This document shows positions 48,253 to 57,719 of a stretch of 64,000 bases of DNA, in pieces. Each line of letters starts with the position of its first letter. Positions within the stretch are counted from its first letter, which is position 1. The notes under the pieces are model-generated. The model ran no database searches. It was not told the origin of the DNA and saw only the letters and a list, made by a program, of their open reading frames with translations. The position numbers and the translations under genes are program-made. Source of the DNA: Candidatus Saccharimonadales bacterium (lineage in GTDB: Bacteria; Patescibacteriota; UBA1384; 2-12-FULL-50-11); assembly GCA_035480235.1 (NCBI GenBank), contig DATIHX010000011.1, positions 146 to 64,145 on the forward strand, read 5' to 3'.

Positions 48253-48918
48253 ATGCGCCGTCTCGACGGCCTCACCAATTTCCCCCGGGCTCGCCAGGCG
48301 GTCACGGCCGCAAAGGAAAATCCGGCTTTGACGATTGGCGGCCTGTTGCTGGCCTTAGCCGTCGTCGTTTTTTTGCTCTGGGTAAATTTATCCACCAAAA
48401 CCGTGGCCGGCCAGACCGAAGAACCGATCCCCCTCCGGCCGGCCGTGGTAAATTCCCCGGTGGCGCTGCCGACGCCGGCCTCGCCGGTGAGTTTGAGCGC
48501 TCCAGCAATTGGCCTGGCTGCCCAGATTGAAAAGGTTGGTCTGACGAAAAATGGCGCCATGGCGGTGCCAACCAACACTAATAACGTCGGTTGGTTTGAC
48601 CAAGGCTACCGACCAGGCGAAGTTGGTAACGCCGTATTAACCGGTCACGTCGACACCATTTGGCTGCAGCCGGCCGTTTTTGCCCGGCTGGACCAGCTAA
48701 AAATCGGTGACGAGATTACCGTCGCCGACCAAAATAACCATCAGTTTACCTTCAAAGTGCGAAAAATCGCCCACTATGATGTTAAGAATTTGCCGCTTCA
48801 AACAATTTTTGGCAGCGCGCCAGTGCCCCAACTCAATTTAATTACCTGCAGCGGGAAGTGGAGCTGGCGCATTGCTACTTACACCGAGCGAACGGTAGTC
48901 TACACGTCGTTAGAGTAA
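48253..48918 (+). CDS. sortase-family transpeptidase
   Basis: NAVLTGHVDT (His) and LNLITCSG (Cys) motifs. N-terminal TM segment. Confidence 0.8.
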   Translation: MRRLDGLTNFPRARQAVTAAKENPALTIGGLLLALAVVVFLLWVNLSTKTVAGQTEEPIPLRPAVVNSPVALPTPASPVSLSAPAIGLAAQIEKVGLTKNGAMAVPTNTNNVGWFDQGYRPGEVGNAVLTGHVDTIWLQPAVFARLDQLKIGDEITVADQNNHQFTFKVRKIAHYDVKNLPLQTIFGSAPVPQLNLITCSGKWSWRIATYTERTVVYTSLE

Positions 48919-48948
48919 GAAAAAGCCCCGCGGGAGGGGGCGGCGGGC

Positions 48949-49239
48949 TTATAAGGACCTGTGACCTATGGGAAAAGGAGCAGCAGTCGAAGGTCGGTGG
49001 GTGACAACGAAGATCGTTGAGCCGTATCGAGTGACGAGGGGAGAGATCCTCACAATATTGAGTGGGGCTAGCGGCTGAGCTTCATCGATGCAATTAGCGC
49101 ACCAATTCTCTTCCTTGACGATCTGCCAGCCTTTTTTGTGGCTCGGGGGGTGAAAAATGGGTTGGCGGTCGATAATGACCTTGGTTGGCTTGGTGCCATT
49201 GGGTTGCGGTTGGCCGCAATGCTGACAAATGTACGACAT
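48949..49239 (-). CDS. small zinc-ribbon protein, hypothetical
   Basis: MSYICQHCGQ...WCANC. SD GGAGGAAGTAT precedes the ATG at 49239. Confidence 0.45.
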   Translation of the reverse strand: MSYICQHCGQPQPNGTKPTKVIIDRQPIFHPPSHKKGWQIVKEENWCANCIDEAQPLAPLNIVRISPLVTRYGSTIFVVTHRPSTAAPFPIGHRSL

Positions 49240-49304
49240 ATACTTCCTCCGAAGCAATATGCCGGAATTGTAGCAGATGAGTGGCCGCTCCTCAACGGGC
49301 GAAC

Positions 49305-51122
49305 TTACTTCTGGCTTTTGGCCCGCGAATTGGCGTTGAGAATTTTTTTGCGCAGCCGCAGGGACTTTGGAGTCACTTCTAAAAGCTCGTCGTCCTCCAA
49401 AAAGTCGATACATTGCTCCAAGCTCATCGCGGTTGGTGGCGTCAGATTAATAGCGTCGTCGGAGCCGGAGGCCCGGACGTTGCTAAGTTTTTTCTCTTTA
49501 GTAACGTTAATCTCCAGGTCGTTCTCGCGACTATTGAGGCCGATAATCATCCCTTCGTAGACGGCTGTTTGGGGGCCGATAAAGGTGGTGCCGCGCTGTT
49601 GAGCGTTATTCAAGCCGTACGAAACAGCTTTACCGGTTTCGGAAGCGATCAAAACGCCGTTGCGGAGTTTAGGGATAGCGCTACCAAGCGGGGCGAAGCG
49701 GACAAAAATGGAGTTTAGCACGGCCGTGCCGCGGGAAAGAGTGAGCAGGATGTTCCGCAAACCCAGCAAACCCCGGGTGGGAATCTCGAAAGTTAAGCGG
49801 TTGGTGCTGTCGTCGTTAACGCTTTGGGCCATTAAGACGCCTTTGCGTTTGCCAACTTCACCGGTGATGGTGCTGGTGTAGTCGGCTGGAACGTCAACGG
49901 TTAGTTCTTCGATCGGCTCCATGGTGACGCCGTCGATTTGTTTGGTAATTACTTTCGGGGCGCCGATTTGGAGCTCAAAACCCTCGCGGCGGAGCGTTTC
50001 AATAAAAACAGAGAGGTGCAACTCGCCCCGGCCGCTTAAAATGTATTCGTTGTTCTCGCCTTTCTCCATTTTCAAAGAAACATTCACTTCCAGCTCCTGC
50101 AAAATCCGTTCATAAATTTTTTGGCTAGTCAGGTTTTTGCCCTCTTGGCCGACGAACGGCGAGGTGTTAGCCGAAACGGCCATCTTCAAGGTTGGTTCGG
50201 CAATTTCGATCGTCGGCAGCGCTTCTGGGGCGCTTTCAAGCGCGATCGTGTCACCGATCCGAGCCGCTTTCAAACCAGTTAAAGCGACGATATCGCCGGC
50301 GTTGGCGCTCTCCACTAGTGTCCGTTTCAGGCCTTGATTAGTATAAACGCGGTCGATTTTAGCGGTAGCGCGCCAGCCTTCGGGAGTGCCAATGACGACC
50401 GACAACCCTGGTTTGGCGATGCCCCGGCTAATTTTGCCGATAACGTATTTGCCCTGGAAACTATCCCAATCGAGCGCGGTGACGAGTAGCTGAAACGGCT
50501 CGTTAATCTCGCTTTTAGGCGACGGCACGTCGCTCAAAATCGCATCAAAAATTGCACTTAAGTCGCCGGGTTCGGCGATTTGGGCAACCGTGGGCTCGAA
50601 CGCCCAGGCTTTGCCGTCGCGGCCGATGGCGTAATAAATGGGGAAATCGAGCTGACTTGAATCGGTGGCTAAATCCAAAAATAAGTCTGATGTCGCTTGA
50701 ATAACTTTCTTAATTTGGGCGTCGGGTTTATCGATTTTGTTAATAATCACAATCGGCCGTAAGCCCAGCTCCAAAGCCTTTTTCAGCACAAATTTGGTTT
50801 GGGGCATCGGGCCTTCTTTGGCGTCGATAATTAATAGGGCGCCGTCGGTCATGTTGAGGGTGCGCTCAACTTCACCGCCAAAATCGGCGTGGCCGGGTGT
50901 GTCAACGATATTAATCTTTGTACCTTTGTAGGTAACGGCGGTGTTTTTGGCCAAAATGGTGATGCCGCGCTCTCGCTCTTGATCGTTTGAGTCCATAATC
51001 AGCGTTTGGCCCATCTCGGCTTCGTTATCGCGAAACGTATTCGATTGTTTGAGCAAACCGTCCACCAATGTGGTTTTACCGTGGTCGACGTGGGCAATGA
51101 CAGCGATATTACGGATACTCAT
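49305..51122 (-). CDS. typA: translational GTPase TypA/BipA
   Basis: [33 protein letters not shown] and NKIDKP motifs. 605 aa. Confidence 0.95.
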   Translation of the reverse strand: MSIRNIAVIAHVDHGKTTLVDGLLKQSNTFRDNEAEMGQTLIMDSNDQERERGITILAKNTAVTYKGTKINIVDTPGHADFGGEVERTLNMTDGALLIIDAKEGPMPQTKFVLKKALELGLRPIVIINKIDKPDAQIKKVIQATSDLFLDLATDSSQLDFPIYYAIGRDGKAWAFEPTVAQIAEPGDLSAIFDAILSDVPSPKSEINEPFQLLVTALDWDSFQGKYVIGKISRGIAKPGLSVVIGTPEGWRATAKIDRVYTNQGLKRTLVESANAGDIVALTGLKAARIGDTIALESAPEALPTIEIAEPTLKMAVSANTSPFVGQEGKNLTSQKIYERILQELEVNVSLKMEKGENNEYILSGRGELHLSVFIETLRREGFELQIGAPKVITKQIDGVTMEPIEELTVDVPADYTSTITGEVGKRKGVLMAQSVNDDSTNRLTFEIPTRGLLGLRNILLTLSRGTAVLNSIFVRFAPLGSAIPKLRNGVLIASETGKAVSYGLNNAQQRGTTFIGPQTAVYEGMIIGLNSRENDLEINVTKEKKLSNVRASGSDDAINLTPPTAMSLEQCIDFLEDDELLEVTPKSLRLRKKILNANSRAKSQK

Positions 51123-51134
51123 TATTATTGAATT

Positions 51135-51256
51135 GAATTCCCCGCAACATTGCCACTCGCTAAACGCAACTCGGCTCGTTGAAGGATCTTCCAGGTTCCA
51201 CTATGGGAATGGAGCCGAGCTTGCTTAAACGCTCGTAACAACATTCCGGGGAATTC
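51135..51256 (-). repeat. structured intergenic element, copy 2 (fills the helicase-typA spacer)
   Basis: Same cores as copy 1. The outer 10-bp helix here is GAATTCCCCG (51135-51144) / CGGGGAATTC (51247-51256). Confidence 0.6.
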
Positions 51257-51270
51257 TCGTTTATTCATAG

Positions 51271-52470
51271 TTATTTAACAAACGTTAAGGCGCTACCTTT
51301 TTTGTTGGCGCGGCCGGTCCGACCGATCCGATGAATATAGTCGGAATAATTCTCCGGCGCTTCGTAGTTAATAACGTGGGTAACGTCAGGGATATCCAAG
51401 CCGCGCGCCGCTACGTCGGTGGCGACCATAATTTGAGCCCGATCTTGCTTGAACTCTTGCAAGGCCCGTTGGCGCTGACCTTGGTTTTTGTTGCCGTGAA
51501 TGGCGACCGCCGAAAAACCGCGTTCGCTCAAAATATCGGCCAGTTTCTGGACACCGTGTTTGGTGCGGCCAAAAATCAGCACTTTTTTGAACTCTTCGCG
51601 AATCAACATTTCGTGAAGCAGCGTTAATTTATGAAACGGGTCGGTGTAGCGGACGACGTCTTGGTCGATGTTAGCCGAAGTGTCGCGTTTTTTAACCGAG
51701 ATCGTCTCGGGGTTATTCATAAAAGCGTCGATCAGGTGGCGAATTTCCGGGCCGATGGTGGCCGAGAAGAAAAACGACTGGCGATCTTTGGGTAGATAGC
51801 TAATCAAAAGCCTGGTATCGGTGATGAAGCCCATTTCAACTAGCCGGTCGGCTTCGTCAACCACCAAGTTACGAACGTCGTTTAAGCGTAAGCTGCCGCG
51901 GTTGATGTGGTCTTTCAAGCGACCGGGTGTACCGATAATAAATTGCGGCCGGCGCTCCAGTGCTCGGAGCTGGGTGAACATACTGCCGCCGCCAATGCAG
52001 AGGGCGCTATAAATCGGTAAACCAGCCGCAAAGGCGCGGAGCTCTTCTTCAATTTGAACCGCTAGTTCGCGGGTTGGGACGATAATTAAGGCTCGTTCAC
52101 CTCGGCTGGCGCTCATTTTTGTTAGAATCGGCAGCAAGAAAGCGGCCGTTTTGCCGGTGCCGGTTTCGGCGATACCGATAACGTCGCGGCCTTCGAGGGC
52201 AGCCGGAATCGCTTGGTCTTGAATCGGTGTTGGCTGAACGTAGCCGCGTCGAATGACCCGTTCTAAAATAGCCGGGTTGAGGGCGAAGTCGCTAAAGCTG
52301 TGAATCGGTTGGAAAGCCTCCTCGGCTACCGCTTCGGTCGCTTTATTGACGTAAACATTGGGGTTGATGTAGCTTGAACGCCCACCGCTCCGGCCGCCAC
52401 CATTGCCACCATTTCGGCGGCCGAAACCACTGACGCGACGATTGCCGCGAATTTTCCCATTACTATACAT
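51271..52470 (-). CDS. DEAD-box RNA helicase with an N-terminal Gly/Arg-rich segment
   Basis: AETGTGKTAAFLLP, VVDEADRL, FSAT and HRIGRTGRA motifs. Confidence 0.9.
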   Translation of the reverse strand: MYSNGKIRGNRRVSGFGRRNGGNGGGRSGGRSSYINPNVYVNKATEAVAEEAFQPIHSFSDFALNPAILERVIRRGYVQPTPIQDQAIPAALEGRDVIGIAETGTGKTAAFLLPILTKMSASRGERALIIVPTRELAVQIEEELRAFAAGLPIYSALCIGGGSMFTQLRALERRPQFIIGTPGRLKDHINRGSLRLNDVRNLVVDEADRLVEMGFITDTRLLISYLPKDRQSFFFSATIGPEIRHLIDAFMNNPETISVKKRDTSANIDQDVVRYTDPFHKLTLLHEMLIREEFKKVLIFGRTKHGVQKLADILSERGFSAVAIHGNKNQGQRQRALQEFKQDRAQIMVATDVAARGLDIPDVTHVINYEAPENYSDYIHRIGRTGRANKKGSALTFVK

Positions 52471-52871
52471 ACTGAAGATAACCTTTCTACTCTTAGTTAG
52501 GAGTGTTAGCCCCCGAAGAGTAGTGCCTTATTCGGCCACAATTCGAAAGCAATTAATTATTGCTCTGCTTGGTCTGACGAATTAGGACCAAGGAAAGTGA
52601 ACCAAGTATGACACGAAATCGGCCCGCTGTCTAGCCCCACACTGCAAATGCTTGGAAACAAGAGGGATTATGACAATACTCAACCAGCTCTCGGCCGTTG
52701 CGGGCTGTTGACAGCCCTTTTCAATGCGCTACACTAGATCTCGTCTCATCCGTAAGGAGGTAAATTTTACAACCACTTCGAACGAAAGCGACAGCCCACC
52801 GTCGCGCCGGGCGAAACTCTGTCCTCACTCTCAAAACTAAAACCCAACAACTAACCAAGAAAACTCGCGCT

Positions 52872-53849
52872 TTGGGGCTTTGGCTATGGCAGAAAAGCCA
52901 GCCAGCCGTGGAACGAACTCTCGCCGCCGCTGTGGCGTGGAGCCGCCGCCCGAGCGGCCGGAAAACCTTAAACTTTGCCCGCCGCTACAGCGCCCAACTA
53001 GGCTTTGCCGCGATGGTAGTGGTCTTCCTAATGGTGACCGTCGGCGAAGGCCAGGCCTACGACGTCGGCAGCCCGATGAAATTAGCTTCCAGCCTCCAAA
53101 ACGCTAACCAACAGAGCGGTTTCTTCGGTAAACCGCAGCTTTTGAGCGACCAAACCGTCACCACCGGCGATATTCAGCAACAGGCGGCGATTATTTACCA
53201 AGTCGCGCCGGGCGATAGTATTGTTTCCATCGCCAGCCGTTATAATTTAAGCCCCGGTTCGGTTTTAGACGCTAACAAGTTAAGCGCCACCGACGCCAAC
53301 AAAATTACGCCCGGGCAGCAGCTGCTGATTCCGGCCAACGATACCAATACCTCGCTAGCTTGGTTAAACGCTATTAACGCCGCCGAAGCCCAGCAGCGGG
53401 CCGAAGCCGCCAAAGCCGCGCAGCAACAATTGGCGCTGCAGCAGCAGAAAAGCCGCGTTAAAGCCGTCAAAAACAGCACCCTGCCGCTGCCGCCAAGTTC
53501 CGGCGACGTGATTGTGATCGGCCGGGAAGTAGGGCCGTATAACGGTGGCGTGACCGGTTACTGCACCTGGCTGGTTAATAAACTCCGCCCCGATTTGCCG
53601 AACGGTATGGGTAACGCCATTAACTATTTATCGAGTGCTCGGGCCAACGGTATGGCCACCGGCAGCGTCCCACGCGGCAACGCCGTGATGGTTTCAGCCG
53701 AAAGCCGGGTCGGCCACGTGGCAATCGTTCAGCAAGTCTACGCCGACGGCAGCTTCAAAATTATCGAGATGAACTACAAAGGCTGGGCGATCATCGATAC
53801 GCGGGTTGTTCATCCCGGCAGCGTGCCGGTGCTCGGCTTCGTTTACTAA
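52872..53849 (+). CDS. LysM + CHAP domain peptidoglycan hydrolase
   Basis: LysM: YQVAPGDSIVSIASRYNLSPGSVLDANKL...PGQQLLIP. CHAP-like C-terminus: GYCTWLV...VGHVAIVQQV...IIEMNY. TTG start in the track; the frame is open back to 52764. Confidence 0.75.
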   Translation: MGLWLWQKSQPAVERTLAAAVAWSRRPSGRKTLNFARRYSAQLGFAAMVVVFLMVTVGEGQAYDVGSPMKLASSLQNANQQSGFFGKPQLLSDQTVTTGDIQQQAAIIYQVAPGDSIVSIASRYNLSPGSVLDANKLSATDANKITPGQQLLIPANDTNTSLAWLNAINAAEAQQRAEAAKAAQQQLALQQQKSRVKAVKNSTLPLPPSSGDVIVIGREVGPYNGGVTGYCTWLVNKLRPDLPNGMGNAINYLSSARANGMATGSVPRGNAVMVSAESRVGHVAIVQQVYADGSFKIIEMNYKGWAIIDTRVVHPGSVPVLGFVY

Positions 53850-53920
53850 TCGGCAACTACTTGATTAGCGGTTGGGTATTAGCTACAATTACTCCAGTTT
53901 AACGCGCAGGAGGCGTTGTT

Positions 53921-54469
53921 ATGAAAACGTTTGTTCTTTTTATTCTTGTCTTTGCTTTGGCGTGGGTCTTGCCCAAACACCAAAACCCGCCTGCCGACCA
54001 AGCGGCCGCCGTTCAAGGCTTTTTGAACCAGGCTTGGCAGTTTTGTGCCACCCACCCGACGCCATCCGACAAGGAGATCGACGGCTTTCTGGTAACGGTG
54101 ATGGCGCCAAAACATGGCTCTCACGACCCGAAAGAGTGGCCGCGCCAGCTGATTCACCGCTTGGCTACTCGAAAGGCGACAGGCTATTACCTAACGCTCC
54201 CCAACGGCACCCCGCCGGACGACCCGAAAGGCGGCAGTTTCGGCTTGGATGAACCGAGTCACAGCGACAGCCGAAGCGGCCGAGCGATCGTTTGGCGGCT
54301 GACCTTTCCAAGCGACCCCAAGTCACCGCCGCCGCCCGACGACAACCAGGGGCCTAAGCTTCGGTTAATTGCCGAGGAGTGGCGGTTCATTCTGGTTCAG
54401 ACTCCGCAGGGCTGGCAATTGGAAGAAGCCAGCTACAACCCGACGACCCAAATCCTTAAGGCTTCTTAA
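53921..54469 (+). CDS. hypothetical secreted protein
   Basis: ORF track, 182 aa. N-terminal signal-like MKTFVLFILVFALAWVL. Confidence 0.5.
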   Translation: MKTFVLFILVFALAWVLPKHQNPPADQAAAVQGFLNQAWQFCATHPTPSDKEIDGFLVTVMAPKHGSHDPKEWPRQLIHRLATRKATGYYLTLPNGTPPDDPKGGSFGLDEPSHSDSRSGRAIVWRLTFPSDPKSPPPPDDNQGPKLRLIAEEWRFILVQTPQGWQLEEASYNPTTQILKAS

Positions 54470-54475
54470 AAGCCG

Positions 54476-54500
54476 CCCCAGCCACACTGGGGATTTTTTT
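54476..54500 (+). terminator. Rho-independent terminator
   Basis: CCCCAG-CCACA-CTGGGG followed by ATTTTTTT. Confidence 0.65.
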
Positions 54501-54646
54501 AAATCATATATTGCGCAGAATAGTCCCGATCCGCTTGAGTTGGCTATAGATTTAACGAAGCCTGAAGAAGCGACGCATCGCTTCCGTTTTGGTGCCTAAT
54601 TAAACCTCCGCCATCGGATTGAAGCGTACCGGTAGGGAAAATATTT

Positions 54647-54690
54647 GTACCCCGAGTAGGGTTCGAACCTACGACCTTGACGTTAGAACC
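54647..54690 (-). pseudogene. orphan tRNA 3' half (anticodon-loop remnant, T-arm, acceptor 3' strand)
   Basis: Minus strand TTCTAACGTCAAGGTCGTAGGTTCGAACCCTACTCGGGGTACA has a canonical T-arm GTAGG-TTCGAAC-CCTAC. No adjacent 5' half. Confidence 0.65.
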
Positions 54691-54697
54691 GAATGTG

Positions 54698-54771
54698 TGC
54701 CCTGAGTTGGATTTGAACCAACAACCTAGCGGATAGAAGCCGCTTGCGCTATCCAGTTGCGCCATCAGGGC
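54698..54771 (-). tRNA. tRNA-Arg (UCU)
   Basis: GCCCTGATGGCGCAACTGGATAGCGCAAGCGGCTTCTATCCGCTAGGTTGTTGGTTCAAATCCAACTCAGGGCA, with anticodon loop CTTCTAT. Confidence 0.9.
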
Positions 54772-54834
54772 AAAGTGCTAACTACTAACCGTGCCCATAC
54801 CCCAACTTCTGTTTTACTCGCTATCGCTTGTAAA

Positions 54835-54873
54835 ATAGAAGCCGCTTGCGTTATCCAGTTGCGCCATCAGGGC
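54835..54873 (-). pseudogene. 5' half of tRNA-Arg(UCU) (position 1 to anticodon loop)
   Basis: 38/39 identical to 54733-54771. Identity stops exactly at the 3' side of the anticodon loop. Confidence 0.85.
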
Positions 54874-54887
54874 ATTATTTTATTGCT

Positions 54888-54995
54888 CCTCCCGGGGTTT
54901 CGGCGTCCTAACGAACACGCCTCAACCCGCCAAACCGACTCGAAGCAAAGCAGTTTGCTTCTCGCTGCCGGTTTTGCCCACTGAGCTACCGGGGC
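54888..54995 (-). other. tRNA-like element: tRNA 5' end (GCCCCGGTAGCTCAGTGGG) followed by two long hairpins
   Basis: The minus strand starts like a tRNA but has no D-stem partner. It is followed by AAACCG..GAAGCAAA/TTTGCTTC..CGGTTT and GGGTT..GGCGT/ACGCC..AACCC hairpins, then CCCCGGG. Confidence 0.4.
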
Positions 54996-55058
54996 GATAC
55001 ACCGAATTCTACCGCAAAAGCGGTTGCTAATCCAGCCCGATCCTATATATTTTAGCTG

Positions 55059-55625
55059 ATGTTGACTCGCCAGGAAGCCTATAAAATTCTCACCAACCAC
55101 GTGGAGAGCCAAAGTTTGCGGCGGCACTGTTTGGCAGTCGAAGCGGCGATGCGCTCATTAGCCAGCTATTTCCACGAAGACGAAGAGAACTGGGGCATCG
55201 CCGGCTTGCTGCACGACGCCGACTGGGAGGAAACGCGCGACACGCCGGAAAACCACGCGGTGAAGGTGGCCGAGTGGTTGGAAGACTGGGACTTGGGCGA
55301 CGAAGGCATTAAAACCGCAATTTTAGCCCACAACCATTTCCATAACGGCCACGAACCGCCACAGACGCTGTTTGAGTGGGCGCTCTATTGCTGCGACGAG
55401 CTAACCGGCCTGATTGTGGCCTGCGCGCTGGTTCAGCCAAACAAAAACCTGGAAACTGTCACCGCCGATTCGGTCCTGAAAAAATTCCAGCAAAACGCCT
55501 TCGCCGCCAACATCGACCGAACTAAAATCCGCCAATGCGAGGAGCAGCTCGGCCTGAAGTTGGACGAGTTTATGGCGCTGGTGCTAGGCGGCATGCAAGA
55601 AATTTCTGCCGAACTCGGTTTGTAG
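55059..55625 (+). CDS. HD-domain phosphohydrolase
   Basis: LRRHCLAVEAAMRSLA and GLLHDADWE (H...HD) motifs. Confidence 0.8.
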   Translation: MLTRQEAYKILTNHVESQSLRRHCLAVEAAMRSLASYFHEDEENWGIAGLLHDADWEETRDTPENHAVKVAEWLEDWDLGDEGIKTAILAHNHFHNGHEPPQTLFEWALYCCDELTGLIVACALVQPNKNLETVTADSVLKKFQQNAFAANIDRTKIRQCEEQLGLKLDEFMALVLGGMQEISAELGL

Positions 55626-55775
55626 TTCGGCCGGCTACCAACGGCTTGGAATATTCTCCAAGTCTTGTTATTTTGTCTGAAATCTCTATACTGAATTTTG
55701 GAAGAATTGCTACTTTTTCGGAAGCTGGGCAAAACCTACAATTTTGTAAGAACTACTAAAAACTAGAAAGGGACT

Positions 55776-55892
55776 ATGTCTAATACATTACCAAAAGCTG
55801 GGCCGAGTTTGGTTGTTCATTTGGCCGTCTTACTGGCCGTCGGCACTTACGTACTGGCTAAGAAAGCCTTCAGTTATTTCAGCCGAGCTTAA
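55776..55892 (+). CDS. possible 38-aa membrane peptide
   Basis: Manual translation: MSNTLPKAGPSLVVHLAVLLAVGTYVLAKKAFSYFSRA. Immediately upstream of the GT2 gene. Below the track cutoff. Confidence 0.3.
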   Translation: MSNTLPKAGPSLVVHLAVLLAVGTYVLAKKAFSYFSRA

Positions 55893-55901
55893 CAGCGCCC
55901 C

Positions 55902-56978
55902 ATGAAAATCCGTGCTCGCCGAGTGGCTAGCAATCAGTTACAGATTCCTTTTGGGCGGCTGCTTATTGCCGTGGTCGTGCCCGCCTACAACGAGGCGGCG
56001 GTTTTGGCCGAATCGTTAAAATCGCTATCAACGGTGGTGAGCAGCGATCATATCTACGTTGTTAGCGACGGCTCCACCGACCAAACTGCTCGCATTGCCA
56101 AGGCCAGTGTGCCCAATGTGTTGGCCTTAAAGAAAAACCGTGGCAAAGCCGGCGCCTTAAAGGCTTTAATCACCAAATTCCGCTTGACTCGCCGCTACGA
56201 TTACATCTTCTTTTTCGACGCCGACACCCGAATTAGCCGGGAATTCCTAAAGCGCGTCCGCCGGATGCTGGTGGACGAAAAACCGGCGCTCTTGGTGGGA
56301 ACGGTCGGCAGCGGCCGGAACGGGCTGATTAGCGCTTACCGGGCCTACGAGTACGGCTTCAGCCACTTCTTTTATAAAAATGCCCAGAACGCCATGGGGA
56401 CGATTGTGGTAGCGCCGGGCTGCGCCTCGGTCTACCGCTCCGACGTTATCGACGCGTTGGATTTCACTAACCACACCCTCACCGAAGATTTGGATTTAAC
56501 GATGCAAATCCACCACCGCCGGCTCGGCCGAATCGTCTACTGCCCGCAAGCAACCGTCGCCACCCAAGACCCGGCGACTTTCAGCGATTACTGGAAGCAA
56601 ATTAACCGCTGGAACACCGGTTTCTGGCAGAATTTTTTCCTCCATAAACTCTACCAGCCCAACCGCAAAATTAACTTGGAAGTATTGCTGTTGGTCGCCG
56701 ATGTCGGGCTTTGGCTAGTGATTTTAGCGCTGGCGGCCGTTCATCCGCTGGTGATCTTGAAGCTTTACGGCCTGTCGCTCTTAATCTCGACCAGCTTGGG
56801 CGTTGCCACCGTCGCTTTGACCGGCCAGTTCTGGGCTTTGCCCTACGCGCCGCTTTTCGGCTTTTTCCACCTAATTAACTTGAGCTCGCTTATTTACTCG
56901 CTTTTTCGGGCGACTGTCCGGGGCCGCCAACCGCTCTCGTGGCAAAAAGTTAGCCGCTACGCCCTCTCCCAAAGTTAA
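55902..56978 (+). CDS. family 2 glycosyltransferase with C-terminal TM segments
   Basis: VVVPAYNEA, VVSDGSTDQT and FFFDADT motifs. Confidence 0.85.
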   Translation: MKIRARRVASNQLQIPFGRLLIAVVVPAYNEAAVLAESLKSLSTVVSSDHIYVVSDGSTDQTARIAKASVPNVLALKKNRGKAGALKALITKFRLTRRYDYIFFFDADTRISREFLKRVRRMLVDEKPALLVGTVGSGRNGLISAYRAYEYGFSHFFYKNAQNAMGTIVVAPGCASVYRSDVIDALDFTNHTLTEDLDLTMQIHHRRLGRIVYCPQATVATQDPATFSDYWKQINRWNTGFWQNFFLHKLYQPNRKINLEVLLLVADVGLWLVILALAAVHPLVILKLYGLSLLISTSLGVATVALTGQFWALPYAPLFGFFHLINLSSLIYSLFRATVRGRQPLSWQKVSRYALSQS

Positions 56979-57667
56979 TTGGGGTTGTTGGCTTTGAAAA
57001 AATTCTGGGTGCAACTGGCTTGTTGACTACTGCTGCTGCCTTGGTCGCAAAAAACCAGCGTTGAAGAGGGCCCGTAAATAATTTGCCCCCAATAACTGCT
57101 GCCAAATGAACCGGCTTGTAAGGCCGCGGCGCTGCCAGCCGGGCTCATGTTGCTAGTCCGTTCCAGGCGAGCCATCAAGTAATAGGCTTGGACGGCGGCG
57201 CTACTGCTGGGCGCATTGGTTATGTATAAATACTGGCCGAACGGGCTGGTGTTGCAATCGCTACCGCTGCCGCTGACGACCAGGTGGTGGAGCGGGTCTT
57301 CGGGAACGGTGGGCAAGTAGTGCGGCGCTAGGTAGCCTTTGCCGCTCGGTCCGCTTACGGCACAGCCCTCGATGGCTTCCAGTTGGTATTTGGCCACCAG
57401 CACGTTGTTGGCCGTCAGCCCGTCTTGCGGATAGGCGTGGTTATCGAGGTGGTACTGCTCCAAGGCGTTATCGATAGTGTCTAGGTTACTTAAGCGCTGT
57501 TGGTCGCGCGAGCGGGCCTCGGCGGCGCCGTAAATGCCAGCGGTGATCGCCATCAAAATGCCAATAATAGTGATCACTATCAAAACTTCAATGAGCGTGA
57601 AAGCCCGGTAACGAGAATAGCTAAACTTCGGAATTACTAATTTACGGAGTAATTTTGGCCGCTGCAT
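56975..57667 (-). CDS. type IV pilin-like / pseudopilin protein
   Basis: Prepilin N-terminal methylation motif ...RAFTLIEVLIVITIIGILMAI. Confidence 0.7.
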   Translation of the reverse strand: MQRPKLLRKLVIPKFSYSRYRAFTLIEVLIVITIIGILMAITAGIYGAAEARSRDQQRLSNLDTIDNALEQYHLDNHAYPQDGLTANNVLVAKYQLEAIEGCAVSGPSGKGYLAPHYLPTVPEDPLHHLVVSGSGSDCNTSPFGQYLYITNAPSSSAAVQAYYLMARLERTSNMSPAGSAAALQAGSFGSSYWGQIIYGPSSTLVFCDQGSSSSQQASCTQNFFKANNPN

Positions 57668-57719
57668 ATAATTAGCTTAGCCGAAATCTGCAATTTAGTA
57701 ATTGCGTAATTCTTTTTGG

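Noticed and set aside
52471-52871. A long spacer between the DEAD-box helicase and the LysM-CHAP gene, examined for SRP RNA, 6S RNA or a riboswitch.
   Set aside because: No SRP domain IV motif (GGAAGCAGCC-like) or other recognisable core. It contains a plausible promoter (TTGACA...TACACT) and probably just two long 5' UTRs. It is left unannotated.
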